64,000 nt of DNA. It comes from Eledone cirrhosa (Eukaryota). Below, piece after piece: positions 26,655-37,814 of this stretch; positions within the stretch are counted from its first letter, which is position 1, and each line of letters opens with the position of its first letter. A model generated the notes under the pieces. The model saw only the letters and a program-made list of their open reading frames with translations. It had not been told where the DNA came from and made no database searches. The position numbers and the translations under genes are program-made. The stretch spans positions 13,082,001 to 13,146,000 of the forward strand of contig OZ024749.1 in the NCBI GenBank assembly GCA_964016885.1, in the 5' to 3' direction.

Positions 26655-26974
26655 AAACACATACATACATACATACATACATACATACATACATACATAG
26701 ACAATCTTATATACATACAACCAGACAGGCACAAATTGGCACTGATATATTTATATATATACCGACATGTGTATATATACACATATAATCATGCTACATT
26801 ACAAGAGAAATTGCATTAAATTATATATACATTCATACACATACGAAATGGAAACACATTATACACACATACATATATTCGTACACATAAACACAACCAC
26901 ACACACACACACACACGCACACACACGCACGCACGCACGCACGCACGTACATATAACCATTATGACTATATTAT

Positions 26975-27166
26975 GGCGGTGGATTGGCAGTGTCGGTAGA
27001 GGGTCAGACGCCATGCTTTCCAGCGTAGAGTTGCGTCCCTTTCCTTTCTGAGTTCAAATCCCGCCGAGGTTGACATTGCCTTTCATCCTTACGGGGTCGA
27101 TAAAATAAAGTACCAGTAATGCACTGGGGTAATTGCTGGCCTTGTGCCTAAAGTAGAAACAATTAT
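26975..27166 (+). mobile_element. tRNA-derived SINE with Meta-domain-like core, full length
   Basis: GGCGGTGGATTGGCAG head, B-box GAGTTCAAATCCC, core GCCTTTCATCCTTACGGGGTCGATAAAATAAAGTACC. Confidence 0.85.
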
Positions 27167-27368
27167 GTAGCTAATGTTACGGCGACACATATATGTCTAT
27201 TTCAATTCTAAAACATATATATATGTATATACATGTGTGTGTGTATAACTATGTATATGTTTGTATATATATATAATTAAATTGAGTCCCTCTAGATATT
27301 ATTTTCATATAAATTTAAAAACCGTCCGTGTTCAATTTCAACATTTAAATATTTGTAAAAAACCCCTC

Positions 27369-27370
<2 letters not shown>

Positions 27371-27430
<60 letters not shown>

Positions 27431-27469
27431 TTATATATTTATATATATATATATATTTATATATATATT

Positions 27470-27501
<32 letters not shown>

Positions 27502-27539
27502 TATATATATATATTTATATATATATATTTATATATATA

Positions 27540-27593
<54 letters not shown>

Positions 27594-27675
27594 TATATAT
27601 ATATATTTATATATTTATATATATATATTTATATATATATATATTTATATATATATATATTTTCATATATATATT

Positions 27676-27749
<74 letters not shown>

Positions 27750-27856
27750 ATATATATATAAATATATATATATATTTATATATATATTTATATATATATA
27801 TATTTATATATATATATATTTATATATATATATATATAAATATATATATATATATT

Positions 27857-27920
<64 letters not shown>

Positions 27921-28016
27921 AATATATAAATATATATATATATATACGATATTAAATAAATGGAAACTATATTTATAAAACCATATTTATATATATATAT
28001 ATATATATATATAAAT

Positions 28017-28069
<53 letters not shown>

Positions 28070-28097
28070 AATATATATATATAAATATATATATATA

Positions 28098-28151
<54 letters not shown>

Positions 28152-28221
28152 AATATAAATAAAATAAAATAAATATAAATAAATATAAATATATATATAT
28201 ATAATAAATATAAATATATAT

Positions 28222-28254
<33 letters not shown>

Positions 28255-28351
28255 TATAAATATAAATAAAATAAAATAAATATAAATAAATATATATATA
28301 TATAATAAAATAAATATAAATAAATATAAATATAAATATATATAAATATAT

Positions 28352-28386
<35 letters not shown>

Positions 28387-28420
28387 AATATAAATAAAAT
28401 AAAATAAAATAAGATAAATA
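27371..28420. repeat. ~1-kb (TA)n/AT-rich array
   Basis: Direct reading; includes a ~40-bp PLE tail fragment at 27946-27987. Confidence 0.9.
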
Positions 28421-29024
28421 AATACATACACAAGCACAATAACAACAAGCACATAAACACACACTAGTCACCCAGCAGACACAACACTATACACACTAGT
28501 CACACTTCACACATAACACTATACACACACGCAAACGCATGCGCAAAGAAGACAAAATAAAATAACATAAACAAACAAGCAAATAAATAAATAAATATAT
28601 AGACAGACTGAATAAAAAATGGCGTAGACATACAACACAACAGGAGGAACAATGAATATAACACCACTGACGATGTTGCAGATGTGCAACGAAAGATTTA
28701 TGTAAATTATGTAAACTATATATATGTGTTTGTGTCTATATTGTATCTGTATTATTTTTGACCGCCGGTCAGTCAATGGCAACATTGAGGACAGAGTAAG
28801 TTAGATCGCAGATATAAAAGACAGCGAGAAGCGAAAACCAACCAAACAGTGAGTGTGTTCTGTTATTAATTCTGGCAATATTACGCAAATATGACCCTCC
28901 CCAAATATAACAATATCTGTTTCGACACACGATTTCATATAAAAAACCTCGCTAAACTAATTCATCGCCGCTATAAATATAAATATATCTATATATATAA
29001 ATATATATATATCTATCTATCTAT

Positions 29025-30041
29025 CTAAGGCGGGTAAAATTCCCGAGATCCATGGACGAGTTCTCTCCAGCGGTCTCTGTCCCTCATTATCGCTGCCATG
29101 TCCTGCGTCTCCAACAGACCAGTGTCTGTCCTTAGGGCATCAACATATGTTAACCTTGGTCTTCCTCTTCCAGTGTGTCCATGTAGGGGCTCCCAAAGGA
29201 GCACGGAGTGCAATGTCAACTCTGGATGTCGGTGAGCATGTCCAGCCAACCTCAGTCTCCTCTGTGTCACTTTTGAGCTGACTTTTGGGAGGCTCCCATA
29301 CAGCTCTGAGTTTTTCATCCTCAGTGTATACTGATTAATGTTCAGAGCCATCCTCAGCATTCTCGTGTAGCACCCATCCACCATCTGAGTGAGTCTCTTG
29401 GTCAGTGTCCAAGTCTCAGACCCATACAGCAGCACAGACTCCACTACAGCAATGAAGAGGCGGATTTTCAGGTCTCTACGAAGGTCCGACTTCCACACCG
29501 ATCTCAAGCTGTGGCACGCTGCCCAGGCCTTGCTCTTCCTCTCAACCACATCATCTTCCGTATTCCCAATCTTTGCTCCCAAATACAGGAAGTCCTCAAC
29601 CAATTCCAGCGGCTTCCCGCCTACATTAGTGATCCCCTCTGGCTTCTCAACATTCTCTACCAGATATTTTGTTTTAGTCTCATTCATTCTCAGCCCCACA
29701 CTCATCGACACAGTCTCAACCTCCCGCATCAAATCCTCTGCCTCCTTCACTGTATTTGTCACCAAAACTATGTCGTCGGCAAATTCAGCATCCGATACCT
29801 TTTTCGCCCCAACTCTCCTGCTCTGAGCCGGTGCTACAGTAAAGCCAGAGTCCTGGTGTTTCTCCAGTGCAAGGCGCATACAATAGTCCACTACGATGAT
29901 AAAAAGGTAGGGAGCCAATGTATCTCCCTGGAGCACTCCAGCCAGTATCTCAAAGAACTCTGTCATCCCATCAGGTGTAATGACTTGGGCTTTGGTGTTG
30001 GTGTAGAGCAGTGATATCAGGTCCACTATCCTCTTGGGGAT
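29025..30041 (-). CDS. RTE-type reverse transcriptase, C-terminal portion (uninterrupted, truncated)
   Basis: GVLQGDTLAPYLF, FADD, FLYLG, LLYGSETWTL, GRGRPRLTY, DRDRWR. Confidence 0.9.
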   Translation of the reverse strand: MPKRIVDLISLLYTNTKAQVITPDGMTEFFEILAGVLQGDTLAPYLFIIVVDYCMRLALEKHQDSGFTVAPAQSRRVGAKKVSDAEFADDIVLVTNTVKEAEDLMREVETVSMSVGLRMNETKTKYLVENVEKPEGITNVGGKPLELVEDFLYLGAKIGNTEDDVVERKSKAWAACHSLRSVWKSDLRRDLKIRLFIAVVESVLLYGSETWTLTKRLTQMVDGCYTRMLRMALNINQYTLRMKNSELYGSLPKVSSKVTQRRLRLAGHAHRHPELTLHSVLLWEPLHGHTGRGRPRLTYVDALRTDTGLLETQDMAAIMRDRDRWRELVHGSREFYPP

Positions 30042-30058
30042 AGTGGACCTGATATCAC

Positions 30059-30366
30059 AGTGCCAAAGAAGGGAGATCTCTCTAACACCAACAACTACCG
30101 GGGGATCTCACTGACGTCACTTGTGGCAAAGACCCTCAACAGGATGATTCTTAACAGGATCCAGCCTGAGATGGAGAAGAAGCTCAGGGACAACCAGAAC
30201 GGCTTCAGAGAGGGTAGATCAACCACCAGTCACATCTTGATGCTGAGGAGGATATTAGAGGGAGCTAGAGCAAAGTGCCTTCCTGCGGTCATGGTTTTCA
30301 TTGACTTTAGGAAGGCCTTTGATTCTGTGGACCGTTACTGCCTGATGAAGATCTTACAGGCTTATG

Positions 30367-30370
<4 letters not shown>
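30059..30370 (+). pseudogene. Inverted upstream RT segment of the same RTE element
   Basis: PKKGDL..NYRGISL..NQNGFR..FIDFRKAFDSV..LQAYGI continues directly into IPKRIVDLIS on the minus part. Confidence 0.9.
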
Positions 30371-30414
<44 letters not shown>

Positions 30415-31398
30415 ATACTTTGGGAGGGTCATGTTGCCAATAAGAAACACACGCACCAGTTGCTTTCACTTCAATTTATTATAATAAATTTATAATAAAT
30501 TTATAAATTTATAAATTTCTGGTTGGTTGGTTGGTTCCACAACCAGATAGTTGGTCATATATTGTCATAGTTCTTTCGTCACACACTCTGTGACCTCTTC
30601 AGTGACTGGGGATTCCTTTCTTTGTTTTTGTGCCTCTCCTTTGTTCTGTCCTACGCCGTTTTGTTTCTGTGTGTGTGTTGTGTGCTCAGTCTACACATGC
30701 GCCACATCCGGGTGTCTGTGTGTGTTTATGTTCATTTATTTATTTGTTTATTTACATGTTACTGGTTGGTTGTTTGTTCTATGTGTGTGTGTGTTTTCAT
30801 TTTGTCCTTAATTGTAAGTTGTGATGTTGCTGTTCCACTCATATTTTCTATTTAAATTTTGTTGTAATTCTTTTATGTTTATTGCCTCTGTGATTTGTCT
30901 AAACATTTTGGCCCCATTTGTTGACCCGTCACCGTATCATTTACGTACTTATACCTCTTAAAAGGGTCCTTGCCTATTCTGTCCCACCTAGTTCATTTAC
31001 TTATTTCGTTATTTCTTTATTTCTTCCTTTACTTCTTTCTTTCTTTCTTTATTTATTTATTCTAGCCTAACAATAGCTAGAGACCTAGGTCGTAGAACTT
31101 GCTTTACTTTTTTCTTTACACTTATCCGCTTTTCTTCACTCTCAGTATTTTTTTTTTCATATATATTTTTACCCCCCATTGTTCTACCTACCGTTCCGAC
31201 TTCCTCCCCCTCCCCCTCCCCAGTATCTTCTTTGACCTCATGCCCAGCTGTAGCTGGCACTACCAACGCTTGATTGGGTCTACTCCACCCCCTCCCCTCT
31301 TTCTCCTACTGGCAGGCTTAGCCACCATCTCCCCTACTAATTTGCAACCACAGAATTACTACTGATTTTTGACAATCACTTTGACCATATATGGAATT

Positions 31399-31492
31399 AC
31401 CCCTTGAGAAGATCGGCTATTTAAATACCAGGATAAATTTTCATTTAGTCCAGAATTAGCCGTCGAAACGGCTTGAGCTCAGCCGTCGGGGT
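31399..31492 (+). ncRNA. Type I hammerhead ribozyme, U3-A8 core, stable stem III
   Basis: ACCCC/GGGGT; TTGAGAA; stem II GA(T)CGGCTA/TAGCCGTC; GAAA; stem III CGGCT/AGCCG; GUC site, predicted cut after 31487; followed by (TA)n. Confidence 0.8.
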
Positions 31493-32225
31493 CTTACTGG
31501 TTCCTATATATATATATATATATATATAAATTTATAGATTCAGAATAGTGGGCATACAGGACAAGGACAATGGAAACAACAATGGAAATGGATGGACTCT
31601 CCTTCGTAGGGGATGGTCAAGGGTTCGCCAAATATTGTTTGCTATGACTTATTTAGTATTTAAAAGACAGAGAATATGTCAAGGTGTACAGTTGATTTAC
31701 CAAACAACCTGCATAAATGATTTTTCACATTATATACATACACACATATACCTGTACAGATACATATTTTCATACATGCATATAAACACACATACATACA
31801 TAGATACATACATACATACATACATACATACATACATACATACATACATACATACATACATACATACATACATAGTTTCATTCATACAAATTACAAGTAC
31901 AATCCATTAATAGAACAGTAAAATGTAAAACATTCCACAAATTTTGCATCTAATAACTGCATATACACATGTACAAACACAAAGCATATACAGATGCACA
32001 CATACAACTCAAAACATACACATCCACACATACAATAACATACATATCTACACATGCTTGCAGACATGCATACATAATCTACCTAGTTGATGTTGTGTAA
32101 ATTCCAATGATAGAGTCTTGTGTCTATGTTAGAAACCGACTCTCTCCCTATTGGTAAAACTTTGTGAAATTATAAAACCAGAACATACATATATACATAC
32201 ATACATACATACATACATACATACA

Positions 32226-32261
<36 letters not shown>

Positions 32262-32264
32262 TAC

Positions 32265-32827
32265 ATGGTGGCTGCCAACTCGTTTTCGAGTCGAGTACGG
32301 CCACTACTTTATATCCATGTAGGAGAACTCCTACCGATGCGCTGAACGAGTGACATTTTAATCCAGCAAGCGACTTGAAAACTCTGGTACAAACACTACA
32401 CGTGTGACAATTATTGACACATAGTGCTGGGCCCATGGAACCATGTGACGACAAGTGCAGAGAGATCTCCAGATATAAAGCAATGTCTGTGCCGTGAAGC
32501 TTTTATAGTGAGCAAGGGCACTGCACAAAGCCAGTCCCACTCTCTTAACCAAGATGATATTTACCAAAAAGAAGAACAAGTCAACATCATTGGATACCAT
32601 CAGAGTTGCAGGTGTTATATCAGAGTTTTCCTTCTCCTAGAATTCTGCCTTGACAAAGGCTAAGGGGTCATCTCTCCCGGTGATTTTGGATGGCCATTGA
32701 CTCTTAAGAGCTCCTTTGCCCTTTGACAAGTAGTTTTTAGTCCTGCAGGATGTCCAAAGTCACCCTCCTCACCAAGAAACCTTGGCGGGGTTGCCAGTTT
32801 AGTCGCCAACGACCCGACCATGAGACA
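32265..32827 (-). mobile_element. Non-autonomous RTE-derived element, 5'-truncated copy 5
   Basis: Homology to copy 2; (ATAC)n at its 3' end. Confidence 0.85.
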
Positions 32828-32961
32828 TATATGTATGTATATATATATATACATACATACATATATACATACATACAAACATACGTAAATCATAATATGA
32901 GTTACACGTTATAGACAAATTATTCTGATGACAGACGTCCACAAAATTACAGCTTTATAGA

Positions 32962-33029
<68 letters not shown>

Positions 33030-33173
33030 CATACATAGAATAAAAGTGAGACTCACATATAGTATAAAAGGCGATGGTATCGTACTCTGAAGGAATGAAA
33101 ATAATGTCCTTACTCCCCACCACCGCCACCTCTGACCTTATAAACCAAGGAATAAAGGAAATATAAGTATGTA

Positions 33174-33230
<57 letters not shown>

Positions 33231-34365
33231 ATATATATATCTATGCATGCATACATATGTATAATGTATATATAGTATATATATATGTATGTATATATAT
33301 ATGTATGTATGTATATATATATATAATGTGTATATATATATATATAATGTATATATATGTATGTATATATAATGTGTATATATATATATATAATGTATAT
33401 ATATATGTATATATATATAATGTGTATATATATATATATAATGTATATATATATGTATGTATGTATATATATATATATAATGTATGTATGTATATATATA
33501 TAATGTATATATGTATATATATATATGTATGTATGTATGTATGTATATATATATATGTATATACATATTCTACTAGTAAATGAACTCGATACAGGAGGAA
33601 AGCAGAAAAAAAGCAGGAATATAATCAAATACATAAACACCTCACATAAAATTCATATAGAGGGAAATGAAGAACGAAAATCTACAAGTTATTGCAATGA
33701 AACATTAAAATGTATGTATGAGTGTATGGCATATGTAGATATACATACATACATATATATATATACACACATAGATATATGTATACATACACATACATAT
33801 AGATGTATAAATTAATAAGAAGAGAAGCAGAAAGAAGAAAGCAGTGTTGTAAGACCACCCTGCTGTTGAAACGTTGAACCAAGTGCTAAACGTACAATTT
33901 ACTACTTATCTCTAAAATTATCAGTAAAAAAGAAAAACGATTAAATAAACTATATATGCCTGAATATAACTGGAAAAAAATATACCACACGTCAAAGTAT
34001 ATACTTAACTACACTTAATAATAATGATAAAAAGGATGATGTTGATCATGATGATCATGATGATGATAATAATAATAATAACAATAATAATAATAATAAT
34101 AATAATGATTTCATTTATTGGCCACAAGGGCCGACATATAGGGGACAACACAATAGACAGGGACAGTGGGGGTTTACATAGAGATCGAGTAAGTATAAAT
34201 AACAAAAAAACAAAAACAAAATAACAATAAAAATACAACAATGAAAGTTCCCCAATAAGAGGGATCACCACCCAGGGTTGACTCAAGCACCCCACCAGTC
34301 CTGAGCCACCCGACGCTCCTAGGGCACCCGGGAAGGGCACCCCTCTCCTTCTCGAATTCACCAGC

Positions 34366-37300
34366 CTACAGGCGCATGATCAGAGTAGGCCCACTCACGC
34401 GGGCCATTCTCGCCACATTCACCCACCTTTCAGTAAATGTACTGGGGGGCAGCACTTCTCTCTCCACCCTCACCTTCCTTTCCAAGTGAAACTTGAAGAA
34501 GTTGATGAGGGATTGGCCGAAGAGAAAAGTGTCTGTCTTCAGTCCTTTCAACCTGGTCCACCATGCAACCTCTTTCGCTACTGCCACCAGGCAGAGGAAA
34601 ATTGCCTGCCCTTCCTGACCAAAAGAAGGCGGCGGGTCAATCTTCACTATGGACTCGGACGATAGCCGGATCCGTTCTACACGCGACAATAGCTGTTCGA
34701 CATAACCCCACAAGTCAGCAATGCACGGACACTGGACGAGTGCGTGCAGAACGGTTTCGTCGCTCTGCGCGCATCTCGGGCAGGTTCGTCTGACAGCACT
34801 TCCGTGCCTGTAGAGTTTATCCCGAACCGGCAGCGCCCCCCGGTAGCACTGCCAAGCGAGGGATTTCTGGAAGTTATCCATCGTCCCCGGCTCGAAAGTC
34901 CTCCGGAACATACTGGTCAGTTCTACTTCGTTGACGCCCAGAGCCTCTCCTAGTACGTCATCGCACTTGCCCTCCACTAATCCTCTATAGAAATCTTGAG
35001 TGGAAGTTCCACTGACCGCATTGCCCACCTTGCAGAGTGCAGTGAGCGCCTGGCAACATTCCAGATGCCAGTCGCCCAGTCTCGGTCTCTTCTTGACCCA
35101 GGACTGCAGCTCAGTCAAAGAGATGAGCTGCGGAAAGGCCCGTCTAACAAACGGCGACCACACCTGTTCACCGTTTAGGCAAAATATCTGGAGATGTCGC
35201 AGCCTCAGCGCATGTCTGCGCATCATTAGCCACGGCATGCCCAGCCCTCCACGAAGAGGGTGCTGGCAGCAGATGGACCGCCTCACCAACGGGACCCGTC
35301 CCCTCCACAAAAATTTGAAAAGGAGCCGTTCCAAATTGGCGAGGCGTGGACGGGGGCAAGGCACGACGGTCAGGCGGTAGTAGATGACGGACGCGATGTA
35401 CGCGTTCGCCACCTCCGCCCGCCCTTTCAGTGATAGCTTTCTCTCAGCCCATTTCTGGGTGAGGTTGGCTATCCTGCTCGTCACCTCGTCCCAATTCTTA
35501 TCCACCTGGAGGTCTGGTCCGAACCAAACCCCGAGCAACTTTACCGGTCCGTCTGTCCAGCGCCCAACGACGCTGTTGGACGGCATGGACTTGCCTCTCC
35601 AGGTGCCGAGCTGCAAGCCCACCGACTTTTCCGGGTTAAGTTTTGCTCCCGTCAACCTTTCATATTCCTCCAAATGGGTGCGGATCACCTCGATTTCCGA
35701 GGTGTCCGACACCATCACGGTGATGTCGTCCGCATAAGCGGACGCAGCCTTTCTACGTCCCGGTTCGAGCGGGATGCCCTGCAACAACTCCAGCTTCCGC
35801 AGTAGAGGCTCAAGAGTCAATACGTACAGAAGTGAGGAGAGAGGGCACCCTTGACGGACCGATCGAGAGATCTGAAACGGTTCCGAGAGGTGGCCATTAA
35901 CTTTGACCACCGAGCGGATGCCGCTGTACATTGCAGCGATCCAGCTTCTGAAGACGGGGCCGAAGCCAGCCGCCTCGAGGACAGCCTCCAAGTACCGATG
36001 GTCGACCCTATCGAATGCTTTCGATTGATCTAAATTGATCAGAGCCCCACCGAAGCCAGGTTTGCACCCAACCCTCTCTATGATGTATCGCATGAGGTGG
36101 AGGTTGTCGTGTATGGACCTGGTCGGGATTGCGCAAGTTTGCGCCTCCCCAACCAAATCTTTGACGACAAGCGCCAACCTTTTCGCTAACACCTTGGCCA
36201 AAATCTTAAACTCTGTGTTGAGCAGGGTTATGGGCCTGAAATTATCTAGTGTGTCCCTCTTGTTCTCGTCTTTCCTTATCAGCGTCACTACGCCACGGCT
36301 CACAGAACTGGGAATGCTCCCGTTCTGCTGCCAGTTGCAGTAGAGCGCTTCGAGGAGATCGGAGAACAAGTCTGGCATATTTACGTAAAGCTCGTAGGGC
36401 AGACCATCCAAACCGGGTGACTTGCGACTCGAGCAGCCGACAAGGGCGTCCTGAATTTCGGCTGATGTTATCGGCTCTTCGCAGCGCTCAGCGTCGGCCG
36501 TCGAGAGGCGTGGCAAGCCGTCGAGGTAGGGACTGAAGTCCGCCGCCGTCTCCGACTCACCCATCCTCCCGAACAATCGAGCAAAGTGCTGGCGAAAGGC
36601 CTCACACATCTGCTTGGAATCGCTCAGTTCGTGTCCATCTCGATCCGTCAAAGACCGAATTGTGGTTTTATTTCCACGCTGCGTCTCTGCAAAGCGAGCC
36701 CATCGGGCAGCTTTGGTTCCCTCGTTCCTCAGAGCACGCGCCTTAGCTCTGACAATGCAACCTTCGTGTTTCGCATTGAAGAAATGGTCTAGTGCCATTC
36801 TCGCCGCTAGCACGTCTGTTGCAATGCCACTACAAATAGCCTCGTCTAACTTAGCTATCAGCCCCTCCTCCTTTCTATTTTTCTCTATTGCTACTTCTTT
36901 GCTAAATCCTATCGAGGTTGCTCTAATCTCTCTTTTGAGTGCCCCCCACCACCTGTTGTTGACAACCCCCCCTGTCAACTTTTGCTTAACTAAGTTGTTG
37001 ACCCGGTCCCTGTAAGCTTTACGTGCCGGAAACGACATGTTTAGCTTCCAGTAGCTAGGTCCTAACCTACGTGTCTTATCTAGGTCGACCATACAGATCA
37101 CAAGCTTGTGATCTGAATAGGCAACCGTTTTAAAATGTGGACATCCTACACTATTTCTATCTCTTTTCCTAATGAAAATCCTATCTATGTACGATCTAGA
37201 TGACCCTATGCGATTGGTCCAGGTCCATACTGGCGCATTAGGGAAATCTAGTCGGTACCTGTCAGACAGTTGAAACTGGCTGATCAGGTACTTGAGGCTT

Positions 37301-37785
37301 TTGCACCCCCCGCTCCTATCAGATACTCCCACACAATCCCAGCGTGCTTCTAAGATGCCATTCCAATCCCCTATTAACAGTAAAGGGCGAGACGTAAGCA
37401 GAAAGTTTTCCAGGCGCCTAAAGAAGTCCGGCCGACCGGCCCCAGTAGGGGCGTAGACGGCCACCAGTCTAAAGGCACCACCTTCGCTATTGCTCACGTC
37501 CAGGACCACCAACTTTCCGTCAGGATCCCGGAAGATTGACCTTACCTCGAGATCCAGACATTTCCTAAACAGCACAGCCACTCCACCTCCCATTCCCGGC
37601 CGACTAACAGATGCAAAGATCTGATAATCGTCGAAAATCGGCGCCAGTGCGCGTGTGTCGGAAATTCTGGTCTCGCTGATGGCAATTACATCCATTCCTA
37701 GTGACCTGAGGTCGTTGAGCAAGTGACCTTGCTTCCAGGGCGACCCCAGGCCACGAACATTTAAACTTCCTACTCTTATGGCCAT
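34366..37785 (-). CDS. ORF2: APE endonuclease, reverse transcriptase, C-terminal zinc finger (1139 aa, intact)
   Basis: SLNVRGL, SET, GDWN, IDRIF, SDH; KSPGLDGLP, FRPITLLN, DQSKAFDRV, RQGCPLS, YADD; CPRC..ETVLHALVQC. Confidence 0.97.
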   Translation of the reverse strand: MAIRVGSLNVRGLGSPWKQGHLLNDLRSLGMDVIAISETRISDTRALAPIFDDYQIFASVSRPGMGGGVAVLFRKCLDLEVRSIFRDPDGKLVVLDVSNSEGGAFRLVAVYAPTGAGRPDFFRRLENFLLTSRPLLLIGDWNGILEARWDCVGVSDRSGGCKSLKYLISQFQLSDRYRLDFPNAPVWTWTNRIGSSRSYIDRIFIRKRDRNSVGCPHFKTVAYSDHKLVICMVDLDKTRRLGPSYWKLNMSFPARKAYRDRVNNLVKQKLTGGVVNNRWWGALKREIRATSIGFSKEVAIEKNRKEEGLIAKLDEAICSGIATDVLAARMALDHFFNAKHEGCIVRAKARALRNEGTKAARWARFAETQRGNKTTIRSLTDRDGHELSDSKQMCEAFRQHFARLFGRMGESETAADFSPYLDGLPRLSTADAERCEEPITSAEIQDALVGCSSRKSPGLDGLPYELYVNMPDLFSDLLEALYCNWQQNGSIPSSVSRGVVTLIRKDENKRDTLDNFRPITLLNTEFKILAKVLAKRLALVVKDLVGEAQTCAIPTRSIHDNLHLMRYIIERVGCKPGFGGALINLDQSKAFDRVDHRYLEAVLEAAGFGPVFRSWIAAMYSGIRSVVKVNGHLSEPFQISRSVRQGCPLSSLLYVLTLEPLLRKLELLQGIPLEPGRRKAASAYADDITVMVSDTSEIEVIRTHLEEYERLTGAKLNPEKSVGLQLGTWRGKSMPSNSVVGRWTDGPVKLLGVWFGPDLQVDKNWDEVTSRIANLTQKWAERKLSLKGRAEVANAYIASVIYYRLTVVPCPRPRLANLERLLFKFLWRGRVPLVRRSICCQHPLRGGLGMPWLMMRRHALRLRHLQIFCLNGEQVWSPFVRRAFPQLISLTELQSWVKKRPRLGDWHLECCQALTALCKVGNAVSGTSTQDFYRGLVEGKCDDVLGEALGVNEVELTSMFRRTFEPGTMDNFQKSLAWQCYRGALPVRDKLYRHGSAVRRTCPRCAQSDETVLHALVQCPCIADLWGYVEQLLSRVERIRLSSESIVKIDPPPSFGQEGQAIFLCLVAVAKEVAWWTRLKGLKTDTFLFGQSLINFFKFHLERKVRVEREVLPPSTFTERWVNVARMARVSGPTLIMRL

Positions 37786-37814
37786 GCTGGCAGGATGAAT
37801 GGGAGAGGAAAGGT

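Larger units (their letters stand above)
29010..30370 (-). mobile_element. 5'-truncated RTE-clade LINE with 5' inversion
   Basis: Minus part 29025-30041 plus inverted upstream part 30059-30370; (TAGA)n tail starts at the stop codon; TA-rich flanks. Confidence 0.9.

Noticed and set aside
26975-27070. tRNA gene
   Set aside because: A/B-box head is followed by a SINE body and no cloverleaf can be drawn
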